From NCBI GenBank assembly GCA_965226495.1, contig OZ245365.1, positions 1,280,001 through 1,344,000 on the forward strand: a stretch of 64,000 bases of DNA. Direction: 5' to 3'. Of this stretch, positions 36,122-45,442 are shown piece after piece. Position numbers and translations under genes: made by a program. This DNA comes from Candidatus Marinacidobacterales bacterium (GTDB lineage: Bacteria > Acidobacteriota > Vicinamibacteria > Marinacidobacterales > DATDRI01). The notes below the pieces were generated by a model. The model searched no databases, was not told where the DNA came from, and worked only from the letters and a program-made list of their open reading frames with translations. Position 1 is the first letter of the stretch. Each line of letters starts with the position of its first letter.

Positions 36122-37429
36122 TTGAAGCGCATATGGGTGAGCCTCTTTTCCATTGCGGGGCCGGCGGCCGTGATGGCAGCCGGTTCTATGGGGACTGGAT
36201 CCACGGCCTCTTTGGTCCTCGCCGGTGCCTGGTTCCAGTATTCCCTCGGCTGGGTGATATTGCTGGTGATCCCTCCCTTCGTCGTAGCTCTAGATTCAGC
36301 CTCTCGGATCGGAATCTGTGGGGCCAAGGGGATGATGTCGCTGATTTCGGAACGACTCCATCCGGGAGTCTCCTGGATCATTTTGGTGATCATGACCCTG
36401 GTTCACATCCTGGTGGCGATGGGACAGATTTCAGTCATGTCAGCCGCCCTCCTAAGTGCAATTGGAATCGATCCGCCTTCAGGAGGCGCTCCTGACCCTA
36501 GTTATCGCATGGCGGAAGTCCTTTGCATCGCCTTGGTCTCGTTTTCTCTTTTGGCGCTGCTTCTCAGAGGCGGGTATCCACGCGTGCAAAAGATGCTGAC
36601 CGGACTCCTTCTGTTGATGCTGGCCTGCTTTCTGGTGGTGGCCTTTCGGGGTTTTAGCGACATCTTGCTCATCTTGCGAGGCCTGATTCCATCGATTCCC
36701 GAGGCCCTGCCCGTTCCGGGTAGCTCGGTGGCGAGGAGTGCCGGTGTATCCATCATCGCGATCGCCGGAGGAGTGTTGGCCCCCGCAAGTCTTCTCGGCA
36801 TGTCGTATCTGACGAAGGACAGCCAATCTTCGGTCTCTCAGTTCGGGCGAAACTTGTGGATGGCCATCATTAACCTCGGACTCATCTTCGGTTGTTACTC
36901 TCTCTTTGTACTCATCGCGGGCGGGTATGCTCTCTACCCTCTTTCAGAGAACGCAGCCATCGAACAGATCCATCAGGCCGGTCAGGTTCTAACGCGGGCG
37001 TTGCCCGGAAACATTTCCTTCCTGGCCCCTCGCATCTTTGCGCTGGGTCTCTTTGTCTGCGGCCTGACCACCTTGGTCGTGATCGCTCAAGTGATGGCCT
37101 ATCTAACTCTGGATGTGCTGGGAAAAAACTGGAGGCACACACAAGACAATCGGCTCTTCTCGGGTCTACTGGCCGCTTGGATCGTGGTTCCTTCTATTTT
37201 GGCTCCTTTTTGGGATTTCCCCGCGCTTCTCAAGGTGCTTTTGATCATGGGAGTCAATGTGGTGGTGGCACCTTTGGCTCTCGCCATCATCCTCTACCTG
37301 ATCAACTCGTCGACCCTGATGGGCGCGCACCGGGCGGGTTGGGTGCGAAATCTTTTTCTCGTGGCGGGTCTACTGCTGGGTCTGGTGCTGGCAGCTATCC
37401 GGTTGCCGGGTTATCTAGCGTCTCTTTAA
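36122..37429 (+). CDS. NRAMP/MntH-related transporter lacking the DPGN motif
   Basis: GPAAVMAAGSMGTGS...AGAWFQYSLGW N-terminus; roughly 11 TMs; TTG 36122 follows a GGGGGAAGG RBS. Confidence 0.7.
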   Translation: MKRIWVSLFSIAGPAAVMAAGSMGTGSTASLVLAGAWFQYSLGWVILLVIPPFVVALDSASRIGICGAKGMMSLISERLHPGVSWIILVIMTLVHILVAMGQISVMSAALLSAIGIDPPSGGAPDPSYRMAEVLCIALVSFSLLALLLRGGYPRVQKMLTGLLLLMLACFLVVAFRGFSDILLILRGLIPSIPEALPVPGSSVARSAGVSIIAIAGGVLAPASLLGMSYLTKDSQSSVSQFGRNLWMAIINLGLIFGCYSLFVLIAGGYALYPLSENAAIEQIHQAGQVLTRALPGNISFLAPRIFALGLFVCGLTTLVVIAQVMAYLTLDVLGKNWRHTQDNRLFSGLLAAWIVVPSILAPFWDFPALLKVLLIMGVNVVVAPLALAIILYLINSSTLMGAHRAGWVRNLFLVAGLLLGLVLAAIRLPGYLASL

Positions 37430-37458
37430 AAAAGTCTGCCGGCAGAGGAAGGATGGCC

Positions 37459-39723
37459 TCAGTGCTGCAGTGGCTCAGATGGCCAACGGGTAATCTTCAA
37501 GTCATGCAGTGGTCCTTGATCGCGTTCTTCGACGTCCATGGCGTGCCGGCGGCCGCAGGACGGACACAAATACTCCACTAATTTCAGCGTCTCGTGCACG
37601 TTGATACCGGCGGGCCGTTCGTCCGCCTCGAGACAATGACGTGCTGCCCGCGCCTTCCAGTTTTCAGAGGCAGCACCGAACCGATAGCCGCAACAGCACG
37701 CAAAATACATCGGTCCGCCATCGTCGCGTGCAAGCACGAGTCCGGACCCGAATCGCGCCAGCACCTGGTCCGCTTCTTCTCGCGTTACCTCGTCCCGATG
37801 CGGCGACTCTGCCCGGTCCAGTCGCGCGCGGCGCATCGTCTCCCGCCGGGTCTTGGTTGCCGCCGCCGGCTCACCGGGTACGACACCGTACGCCTCTTTG
37901 GCGCGCGCGGTCGAGATAATTCCCAACTCCACGTCCTGGGTGACCAGCTCGGGTTCCCGTTCCAGGGGATCTCCGTAGCCGCCGCCACCCTGCCAGGTGT
38001 ATTGCACGACATCCCCGGGAAAGATCGGCAGCTCGTCCTGTTTCGCCTGGAGTACCTGGACCTCGCCGCCAAGGGCCTCGAGGTCGAGGGGCGCAGAAAT
38101 CTGCTCTAGCTGGAGTGGCAACTTGCCTTCGGCCCACCGGGCCCGCACCTCGGTCCGGTGCACGATCATGGCAGCGCTGCAGACACCTGGCCAGCCGCCA
38201 AACTGCCCGAACGACACCGGCACCTCGACGCCGTGGGAGGTCAGCGAGCTGCGCAGCCGTTCCACCCCATGCGGTGTCCAGGCCGTGCCCGCGGCCCGTC
38301 CACCACGATGCTCCCCGTCACCTCCTGTATCTGGGAAAAAGGAGCGATAGAGAAACAGCATCGGTCCATGTACTTCGTTGCCCTCGATGTTGGCGATGTG
38401 CGGTTTCGGCGACACGAAGCAGCCGGATTGATCGATACCGTCCACGAGAGCCGTCGCACCGCCTCCACCGATCTGCGCGTCGATGAGCTGATTTCCGAAC
38501 GGCTCGCCATGTTGATTTCGATCGCCGGTGAAAAAGGCGGCCATCGTGCCATGGGTGACCGCTTGCGAATGAACGCATTCGTCTTTCGATAGGGCAAGCA
38601 ATTTTGAAATGGCATGGGCGGTGGTGGATGTGATGACCCAACCCTGACCAATGGTTGCGGCGCCGGTCGCGGCAGGTGGATTCGCATTGCAGATCAATCC
38701 CTTGGGGGCGATGACCTCGATCGCATTCAGGATGCCATGATTCCAGGGAATACCAGCCCCGAGGAGCGGTGCCACACCACCAAAAATCGCCCCGACCAGG
38801 CACCCCTCGGTGCAATTGATGTAACCGGGCGCCTGGGGGGAGGACTCCGACATATCGATCCGCAGCCGATCGCCGTCCTTGATGATACGCACGTCGGTTC
38901 GGTAGACATGATTGTTTGTGCCGTCATGGTCCAGGAATCCCCGCGTGCGCACTTCACCGTCGGGTAACGCTCGCACCCGTTCGCGCATCCGCCGTTCCGA
39001 GTAGCGGATCGATTCGTTCATCACCGTGAGGACGGTATCGACGCTGTAGCGTTTCATGAGCTCGCCGAGTCGTTCACGGGCCACCACGTTGGAGGCGATG
39101 AAGCCGCGGAGATCCAGCGCAATCATTTGCGGTTGGCGCGTCATATTGAGAATCAACCGCCAGACGTCACGACGAAGCTTGCCCCGGTCGATGAGCTTTA
39201 TTGGGGGCATCATCAGACCTTCTTGTTGCTTTTCCCGTGCGCGCACCGAGACCGAGCCGACGGTCATGCCACCCATGTCCACCTGATGCGCGGTGACTCC
39301 CGCCCAAGAGACGAGCCGTCCATCGAAAAAGATGGGTGCCATCAGCGTCACATCAGGATGGTGCACCGCACCCCGATAAGGATCGTTGACGATGAACATG
39401 TCGCCATCGGCAATGTCTTCGTCCGGAAAGTCTTCGCGAATATTTCGCAAGATGATAGGCATGGCACCGGAATGAAAAACGACCTGCGGACCCATCGATG
39501 CCAGACGGCCGTCGGGTGTGAAGAGGGCATTGTTGAAGTCCCCGGCTTCAGCCACGATCGGCGATACCGACACTTCTTTGAGAGCCAATCCTTGTTCGGC
39601 GTTGGTTGCTTCGAGCTTGTGCCGGATGATTTCAAAGGTTACCGGATCGACGCTCAACGGTCGTTCCAGCTCTTGCCAGTCGGCAACGCTCGGTCCCAGT
39701 ACGAAGTCGCTAGGGTCTGTCAT
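37459..39723 (-). CDS. Hydantoinase B/oxoprolinase fused to an acetone carboxylase gamma-like Zn domain
   Basis: NDPYRGAVHHPD, HQVDMGG, GGGGYGDPLERE; C-terminal CCCG...NWK...YLCPSCG. Confidence 0.88.
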   Translation of the reverse strand: MTDPSDFVLGPSVADWQELERPLSVDPVTFEIIRHKLEATNAEQGLALKEVSVSPIVAEAGDFNNALFTPDGRLASMGPQVVFHSGAMPIILRNIREDFPDEDIADGDMFIVNDPYRGAVHHPDVTLMAPIFFDGRLVSWAGVTAHQVDMGGMTVGSVSVRAREKQQEGLMMPPIKLIDRGKLRRDVWRLILNMTRQPQMIALDLRGFIASNVVARERLGELMKRYSVDTVLTVMNESIRYSERRMRERVRALPDGEVRTRGFLDHDGTNNHVYRTDVRIIKDGDRLRIDMSESSPQAPGYINCTEGCLVGAIFGGVAPLLGAGIPWNHGILNAIEVIAPKGLICNANPPAATGAATIGQGWVITSTTAHAISKLLALSKDECVHSQAVTHGTMAAFFTGDRNQHGEPFGNQLIDAQIGGGGATALVDGIDQSGCFVSPKPHIANIEGNEVHGPMLFLYRSFFPDTGGDGEHRGGRAAGTAWTPHGVERLRSSLTSHGVEVPVSFGQFGGWPGVCSAAMIVHRTEVRARWAEGKLPLQLEQISAPLDLEALGGEVQVLQAKQDELPIFPGDVVQYTWQGGGGYGDPLEREPELVTQDVELGIISTARAKEAYGVVPGEPAAATKTRRETMRRARLDRAESPHRDEVTREEADQVLARFGSGLVLARDDGGPMYFACCCGYRFGAASENWKARAARHCLEADERPAGINVHETLKLVEYLCPSCGRRHAMDVEERDQGPLHDLKITRWPSEPLQH

Positions 39724-41825
39724 TTCGAAGGTGAACTCGCGGAGTCGACTTTCCGAATCGAGATGCCGAGCAGCTCATCCACGCTCGCAGTCTGTCCGGA
39801 TAGCAGCGCGAGCGTGGTGCCATCGTATTCAATGATGGCTGGCCCGGTGAGGCCATTGCCGGGCCGAAGATCGGGACCAGAGTAAACCGCCGTCTCGACG
39901 AAGGCCTGTCGGCCTGCATCATAGGCGCGGCGCGTACCGCAGCGGGCACCTTCTGCTTGCTCGCCGTCACCCTCAATCGGATAACGGGCGAGCGCCGGTC
40001 GCGGCAACGAACCGACGGCTTCAACCACAAAGGTCACCAACTCGAACCCGGCGGTCTCCGGCACCGACTCCTCACCGTACCTGCGGGCATAGGCAGCCAA
40101 GAAATCATCCAGCAACTTACCAACGGTCCCGGAGAACCCGACGGAGACGGTTTTCAGCTGGCGGATGAAACGCACTTCGACCAGCCGCCGCAGCTTCCGG
40201 CCCGCAGGAGGGACGCCCTGCATTTCGAGGGCATTGTTGGCGCGATCTTCCAAGCCTTGGAAGATCTTTTCGAGCTTGTCAGGATCCACATCGGTTCCGT
40301 GAGCCTTACGGGAAAGCCGCATGGGTACCGCCAACTCCGCTGCGAGAGCGACGTCAGACGCTACTGCACCCACCGCGCAGAAAACAGATTGGTTTGAGGG
40401 CACGTAGATCTCGTCGACGACATCGAGTGCAAACGCCGGCGCATGGGTTCCCCCGGCCCCGCCAAAGGCATAGAGAACGAAGTCTCGTGGATCGTAACCC
40501 TGCTCGACGGTCACCGTTCTCAGAAGGTCTGCCATCCGAGTATCCACGATGCGTTTGATTCCGGCTGCCGCCTCGTCAATGCTGATGTTGAGTGGTGTGG
40601 CCACATGGGTATGAATGGCCTGTCGGGCGAGCTCGACATCAATGTCAAGCTTACCTCCGAGGAATCGTTCGGGATCGATAATGCCCAACACCACGTCGGC
40701 ATCCGTAACGGTCGGCTGCTGCCCTCCACGACCGTAGCACGCCGGTCCCGGGTCCGCGCCGGCGCTCTCGGGACCCACTCGAAGATACCCACCGTCCTCG
40801 ACGCGTGCTATCGAGCCCCCTCCCGCACCTATGACGCGGACGTCAACCATTGGCAACAGTAGATGGTACTTTTCGGCGACGGTGTCCCGTCGTTGCAACG
40901 CCTCGCCCTGATCGATCAAGGCGACATCGGTGGATGTGCCACCCATGTCGAAAGTAATCACATTCGATTGCCCGCGGTCTGCGCCCAGAAAGCGGGCCGC
41001 GGTGACGCCGCCCGACGGCCCAGATAGAAGCAGCCGCACCGGAGCACGACCCGCTTCGGCTGGCGTCATCACCCCGCCGGAAGAGTCCAAGAGGAACAGG
41101 CGCTTGGTGCCGAGGTGATCCTGGAGCACGTCCGTATAGCGACGCACCATGGGGCCGAGATAGGCATTGACCACGGTGGTCGCGGTGCGCTCATACTCGC
41201 CGAGCCGGGGCACGAGCTCATGGGATACCGAAACATAGAGCTCCGGTAGCTCTTCGGCGAGGATTTGCGCGGTCCGCGCTTCGTGCGCGGGATTCTTGAA
41301 AGACCAGAGATAGACCACCGCAACCGATTCGACCTCTAGTTCGCGGATTTTGGCCGCGGCCGTGCGTACATCTTCTTCCACCAGTGGACCAATCACATCG
41401 CCGGCATAGTCCACACGCTCGCGAATCCCGAAAATGCGCGAGCGAGGAACCAGGGGTTCTGGCACCTTCCGCTTGGAATAGTCGGTCAGCTCGGAGGTCG
41501 ACAATCCAGCCGTCATGCCTTGCATACGCTGCATGATGATGGTGTCTTCGAAACCCCGCGTCGTGATTAGTGCCACCTTGGCACCGCGACGTTCGATGTA
41601 GGCGTTGGTGGCTGCGGTCGTTCCGTGAGCGATTCGGTCCAGGCTCGCCAGCATGGTATCGGGATCTAACCCTTCAAGGACCGCGGCTTCCGTGAGGCCG
41701 ACCATCAAACCATCCAGAAGCCGGCCGGGTGTCGTGGGCGCTTTGGTCGCACGGAGGGAGCCATCGTCGCGCATGACCACGACGTCGGTAAACGTACCGC
41801 CAATATCGATTCCAACTGCCGTCAT
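39720..41825 (-). CDS. Hydantoinase A / oxoprolinase subunit (second copy)
   Basis: DIGGTFTD, HGTT, SGPSGG, DMGGTSTD, GAGGGS, FGGAG. Confidence 0.93.
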   Translation of the reverse strand: MTAVGIDIGGTFTDVVVMRDDGSLRATKAPTTPGRLLDGLMVGLTEAAVLEGLDPDTMLASLDRIAHGTTAATNAYIERRGAKVALITTRGFEDTIIMQRMQGMTAGLSTSELTDYSKRKVPEPLVPRSRIFGIRERVDYAGDVIGPLVEEDVRTAAAKIRELEVESVAVVYLWSFKNPAHEARTAQILAEELPELYVSVSHELVPRLGEYERTATTVVNAYLGPMVRRYTDVLQDHLGTKRLFLLDSSGGVMTPAEAGRAPVRLLLSGPSGGVTAARFLGADRGQSNVITFDMGGTSTDVALIDQGEALQRRDTVAEKYHLLLPMVDVRVIGAGGGSIARVEDGGYLRVGPESAGADPGPACYGRGGQQPTVTDADVVLGIIDPERFLGGKLDIDVELARQAIHTHVATPLNISIDEAAAGIKRIVDTRMADLLRTVTVEQGYDPRDFVLYAFGGAGGTHAPAFALDVVDEIYVPSNQSVFCAVGAVASDVALAAELAVPMRLSRKAHGTDVDPDKLEKIFQGLEDRANNALEMQGVPPAGRKLRRLVEVRFIRQLKTVSVGFSGTVGKLLDDFLAAYARRYGEESVPETAGFELVTFVVEAVGSLPRPALARYPIEGDGEQAEGARCGTRRAYDAGRQAFVETAVYSGPDLRPGNGLTGPAIIEYDGTTLALLSGQTASVDELLGISIRKVDSASSPSK

Positions 41826-41955
41826 GGAGGGGCATTATAGCCCTGGAGGCGAGGGCGACGAAAAGCGTCGCATGCTTGACCGGTGACCGGCGGTCGGCCG
41901 GGAGGATGTCTATCCTATGGGTCGGCAGTTCTTGCTGGGAGGACTCGGGGACCGC

Positions 41956-42207
41956 TCACCCGCGATCTCGAGCGATATCATCGCTCCATTCCTGCCGGAG
42001 CTGCTCGTCGATCCTTTCTCCGTAAACCAGACCTGGGTCGTTCACGATGCCCGCCCATGGAATAGTACGGGAGTGCTCCGCCGTTGCGACAAGTTTCTCC
42101 GTGATAAGCTGGTGAATCACTTCGGAGAACGACACCTCCCGGCGCTGAGCCTCGCGCTCGACGAGCTTCGCTAACTCATCGGAGAGTGTGATCGTTTCGC
42201 GTTTCAT
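41956..42207 (-). CDS. CopG/RHH antitoxin-like protein
   Basis: MKRETITLSDELAKLVEREAQRREVSFSEVI ribbon-helix-helix pattern; GAGG RBS. Confidence 0.72.
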   Translation of the reverse strand: MKRETITLSDELAKLVEREAQRREVSFSEVIHQLITEKLVATAEHSRTIPWAGIVNDPGLVYGERIDEQLRQEWSDDIARDRG

Positions 42208-42230
42208 CTACATACCTCATCTTGGGATAA

Positions 42231-44873
42231 CTACGTCTCGTCGTCGAGGGTTAAGAGCCAGATGTCGGCTTCCGAGGTGATCATCGTGAAGTAGAGGGTC
42301 CGCCCGTCGGGAGTCAGCGCAAAAAATCCATCAACCTTGTGAGGCTCCACAGAGAGCACTTCCCGCTCTTCCAGGGTTCGGCTATCGATGAGAACGATGG
42401 CCTGGCCGGTGCTCGTCAGCAGTGTATCCGTGTCGGCAACCCACCTAGCGTTCAGCCCGGCATCGCTCAGCTTCGTATACCGCTGCGACTCGAGGTCATA
42501 AACGGCCACGCCACTGAACCTCCCAGATGTTACCTGCCCGCCCGCCAAGCGACGACCGTCCGCCGACCAGTCTGTCGGAAAGAATCTGTCAGAGGCATCC
42601 TCTAAAGGTGGCAAGACTTCCGGCTTCTGTTCACTGAAGCTGGTGTCGAGGCGAAAAATGGCGGGCTCGATCTGTGGAAAGACGGTATAAGCCATTAAAG
42701 ATCCATCCGGCGACCACACTGCGATGTTCGCGTAACCGCTGGTATCGGTGAGCTGGCGAAGCCCGCTGCCGTCCGGACGGACGGTCCAAATCTCATAGTT
42801 ACCCGTTCGATCGGAATGGAAAGCGATCCGCTCACTATCGGGTGACCACCGGGGATTTCTGTCCTTGGCGAGGTCGTCGGTGAGCTGTCTGCGAGCGCTT
42901 CCATCGGATCGCATCACGAACACGTCCAGCTGTTGGCCTGCCGTCCAGTAGGTCAGCCACTCGCCGTCGCGGGAAGTATCGGTCACGTTGAAGCGATTAG
43001 ATCCCCGCGTGACAGCGACAGGGCTGCCGACTGCCTCGCCAGCCGAAGGGTCGAAGCCCACTTTATGGATATTCCAAGCCACCGATTGAGTTACGTAGGC
43101 TACTTTCCGGCCATCTCCGGAAAGGCTGAGGTGCAGAGCTTCCGCAGCCACCCCGCTTGTGACTGGCTCCGGGTTTCCAAGAACCTCACCGGTTTCCTCT
43201 CTGATGGCGACGCGCCACAGGTTCATGGCGCCACCCCGGTCACTCGAAAAGTAGAGGTATTTGCCATCCGGTGACCAAACCGGGTTCCAGTCGAAGTGAC
43301 CGTCTTCGGTCACACGAACGGGCTCACCACCGTCTGCAGGTATCGTCCAGATCTCGGCGCCTTCGACGAGCGACCAGAAGGCGATGCGGTGACCGCGCGG
43401 AGACCAATGAGGCTGAGCAGCGTCGTCATCCGTGAGAAGCTTTTTTTCGCCGCTCGTGGTGTCGATGATCCAGAGCTCACTCGGTGGCCGGTCGCGGATA
43501 TTTGAAGTCACGCCGGTCGCGCAGACGATCCGCTTTCCATCCGGCGACCAGGCGGGGTTGTACCCGAAGTCGGCCACCCGCGTCACCGACTCTCCGGTGC
43601 GTCCCATCAAAGAAAGCCCGCCTCCGTCTCGCTCGGAGCGAAACACGATCTGCCCCCCGTCCGGCGAGAAGGCGGGCTGGGTGTCATCGGCCTCGACGCC
43701 CTCGGTGAGGTTGATGGCTCGCTCACCGCCCACGCTTTGGAGATAGATGTCCCAATTCCCGGAGGTGTCGCTCGCGTAGACCACCCAGTTTCCATCGGGC
43801 GAGAGGGTAGGAAACAATTCTCGGGCGGGATCGGTCGTGAGCTGGGTGAATCTACCCGCGACCCCCTGTCCGTTTTGGCTCGTCGATGCGGAATCGTCCG
43901 GTCGGAGAAAGTACCCAACCAGCGCGGCCACGACCGCCACCGCGCCAACCGCGGCCCAGACGGTCCAGTTCTTTCGAGCCGGGGCAGCGGCCTGCCCAGT
44001 CTCGAGAACACCCGAGTCCAGCTCCTGCTTGAGCTCGTCGAGCTCGTTCCTCAGGTCCTTGGCCGATTGATAGCGGCGTTCCGGATCTTTCACCAGCGCG
44101 CGCTTCACGATCCGCGCGAGCTCCGGAGGGCAGGTGGGATTGAGCGTCGTCACGGATGTGGGAGTGTCGCGAAGAATTGCGGAGAGAAACGAGCCCGGCC
44201 CGTCTCCCTTGAAGGGACGCTCGCCGGCGAGCATTTCATAGAAGACGATGCCGAGGGAGAAGATGTCGGTACGGTGATCGAGCGGCTTGCCCTCGGCCTG
44301 CTCCGGCGACATGTACGCAGCCGTCCCCACGATGCGCCCCGCCTCGGTCATGGCCGCAGTCGGGAGCGCGCTGTCGGATGCATCTCCCGCCTCGGGCCGC
44401 AGCTTGGCGAGGCCGAAGTCCAGGATCTTGAGCTGCCCCTCGTCGCTCACCATGATGTTGTCGGGCTTCAGATCTCGATGCGTGATGCCGTGCCCGTGCG
44501 CGGAGCTCACCGCGTCCGCGACCGGAACCGCGATCTCAAAAAAGCGTTTCAGCCCGAGATCTTTCGATTCAATGAGGTCGGTGAGAGTCTTCCCTTGGAC
44601 GAGCTCCATGGTAATGAAGTGGACCCCGTCCGATTCTTCGATGGAGTGGATGGTGACGATGTTCGGGTGATTGAGCGCCGCGACCGCTTTGGCTTCACGC
44701 TCGAATCGCTCCCTCCGCTCCGCGTTAGCCGTCATATCAGACGGCAGAACTTTGACGGCGATCTCCCTGTCGAGCTTCGGGTCACGCGCGCGGTAGACTT
44801 CGCCCATGCCACCCGCACCGAGCGCGGAGAGAATCTCGTAATTTCCCAGACGATGGCCAGCGCTAAGAGCCAT
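42231..44873 (-). CDS. Ser/Thr protein kinase - TM - PD40/TolB beta-propeller
   Basis: GAGGMGEVY, HRDLKPDN, DFG, GTAAYMSPEQ; TM; many WSPDG repeats. Confidence 0.93.
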   Translation of the reverse strand: MALSAGHRLGNYEILSALGAGGMGEVYRARDPKLDREIAVKVLPSDMTANAERRERFEREAKAVAALNHPNIVTIHSIEESDGVHFITMELVQGKTLTDLIESKDLGLKRFFEIAVPVADAVSSAHGHGITHRDLKPDNIMVSDEGQLKILDFGLAKLRPEAGDASDSALPTAAMTEAGRIVGTAAYMSPEQAEGKPLDHRTDIFSLGIVFYEMLAGERPFKGDGPGSFLSAILRDTPTSVTTLNPTCPPELARIVKRALVKDPERRYQSAKDLRNELDELKQELDSGVLETGQAAAPARKNWTVWAAVGAVAVVAALVGYFLRPDDSASTSQNGQGVAGRFTQLTTDPARELFPTLSPDGNWVVYASDTSGNWDIYLQSVGGERAINLTEGVEADDTQPAFSPDGGQIVFRSERDGGGLSLMGRTGESVTRVADFGYNPAWSPDGKRIVCATGVTSNIRDRPPSELWIIDTTSGEKKLLTDDDAAQPHWSPRGHRIAFWSLVEGAEIWTIPADGGEPVRVTEDGHFDWNPVWSPDGKYLYFSSDRGGAMNLWRVAIREETGEVLGNPEPVTSGVAAEALHLSLSGDGRKVAYVTQSVAWNIHKVGFDPSAGEAVGSPVAVTRGSNRFNVTDTSRDGEWLTYWTAGQQLDVFVMRSDGSARRQLTDDLAKDRNPRWSPDSERIAFHSDRTGNYEIWTVRPDGSGLRQLTDTSGYANIAVWSPDGSLMAYTVFPQIEPAIFRLDTSFSEQKPEVLPPLEDASDRFFPTDWSADGRRLAGGQVTSGRFSGVAVYDLESQRYTKLSDAGLNARWVADTDTLLTSTGQAIVLIDSRTLEEREVLSVEPHKVDGFFALTPDGRTLYFTMITSEADIWLLTLDDET

Positions 44874-44875
44874 GA

Positions 44876-44911
44876 CCCCTCACCCAATCCCTCTCCCCAA
44901 GGGGGAGAGGG
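44876..44911. repeat. REP-like palindromic element
   Basis: CCCCTCACCC followed by the hairpin CCCTCTCCCC-AAG-GGGGAGAGGG; related copy at 60261-60316. Confidence 0.65.
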
Positions 44912-45086
44912 TTAGATCGAGTGACGAGGCACGTGCACTCAATGGCCTCGTCAAACCTAGAATAGTCGGTCCCAGTTTCGTGCCGGGATTCAAGGACATA
45001 GCTGGCCTTTCTTACTGAGGAAAATAGCCCGGCACGAAGCGAAAAGTCAAAGCGTTGTGCGGTGGTAACCGTGCTAGAGTTGACGC

Positions 45087-45311
45087 ATGGCACGACTACA
45101 TTTGCAGGTATCGAAGGCGATTGAGGAGGCAGTGAAACGCCGCGCGCGAGCCAGGGGGATGAGCGTCTCGAGTTATCTTGCGGAGCTGGTTCAACGCCAA
45201 ATCGCGGATAACTGGCCTGAAGACTTCTTTACCGATGTCGTGGGAGGCTGGGCCGGCGAGCCCTTGACGAGACCCGCTGATTTGATGCTCGAGGAAAGAG
45301 AAGGGTCCTAG
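45087..45311 (+). CDS. CopG/VapB-like antitoxin
   Basis: RHH pattern AVKRRARARGMSVSSYLAELV; C-terminal WPEDFF...GGWAGEPLTRP tail. Confidence 0.7.
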   Translation: MARLHLQVSKAIEEAVKRRARARGMSVSSYLAELVQRQIADNWPEDFFTDVVGGWAGEPLTRPADLMLEEREGS

Positions 45312-45442
45312 CTTTTGTCAGGAGCCCGGGCCCACTGGGCGGTGCGGCTTGGAGGTGTTACCTATCTCCACAAATCCCGAATTGGCAAACGTTTTCCAAG
45401 ATTATGTTAAATTCGCCGTTTCGAATCTACCCAAATAACTCG

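Noticed and set aside
8265-44915. Long alternative-frame ORFs (e.g. 8265-9653, 11603-12925, 18482-19777, 29290-30519, 43737-44915)
   Set aside because: They overlap well-supported genes, have no recognisable motifs and are expected shadow ORFs in GC-rich DNA.
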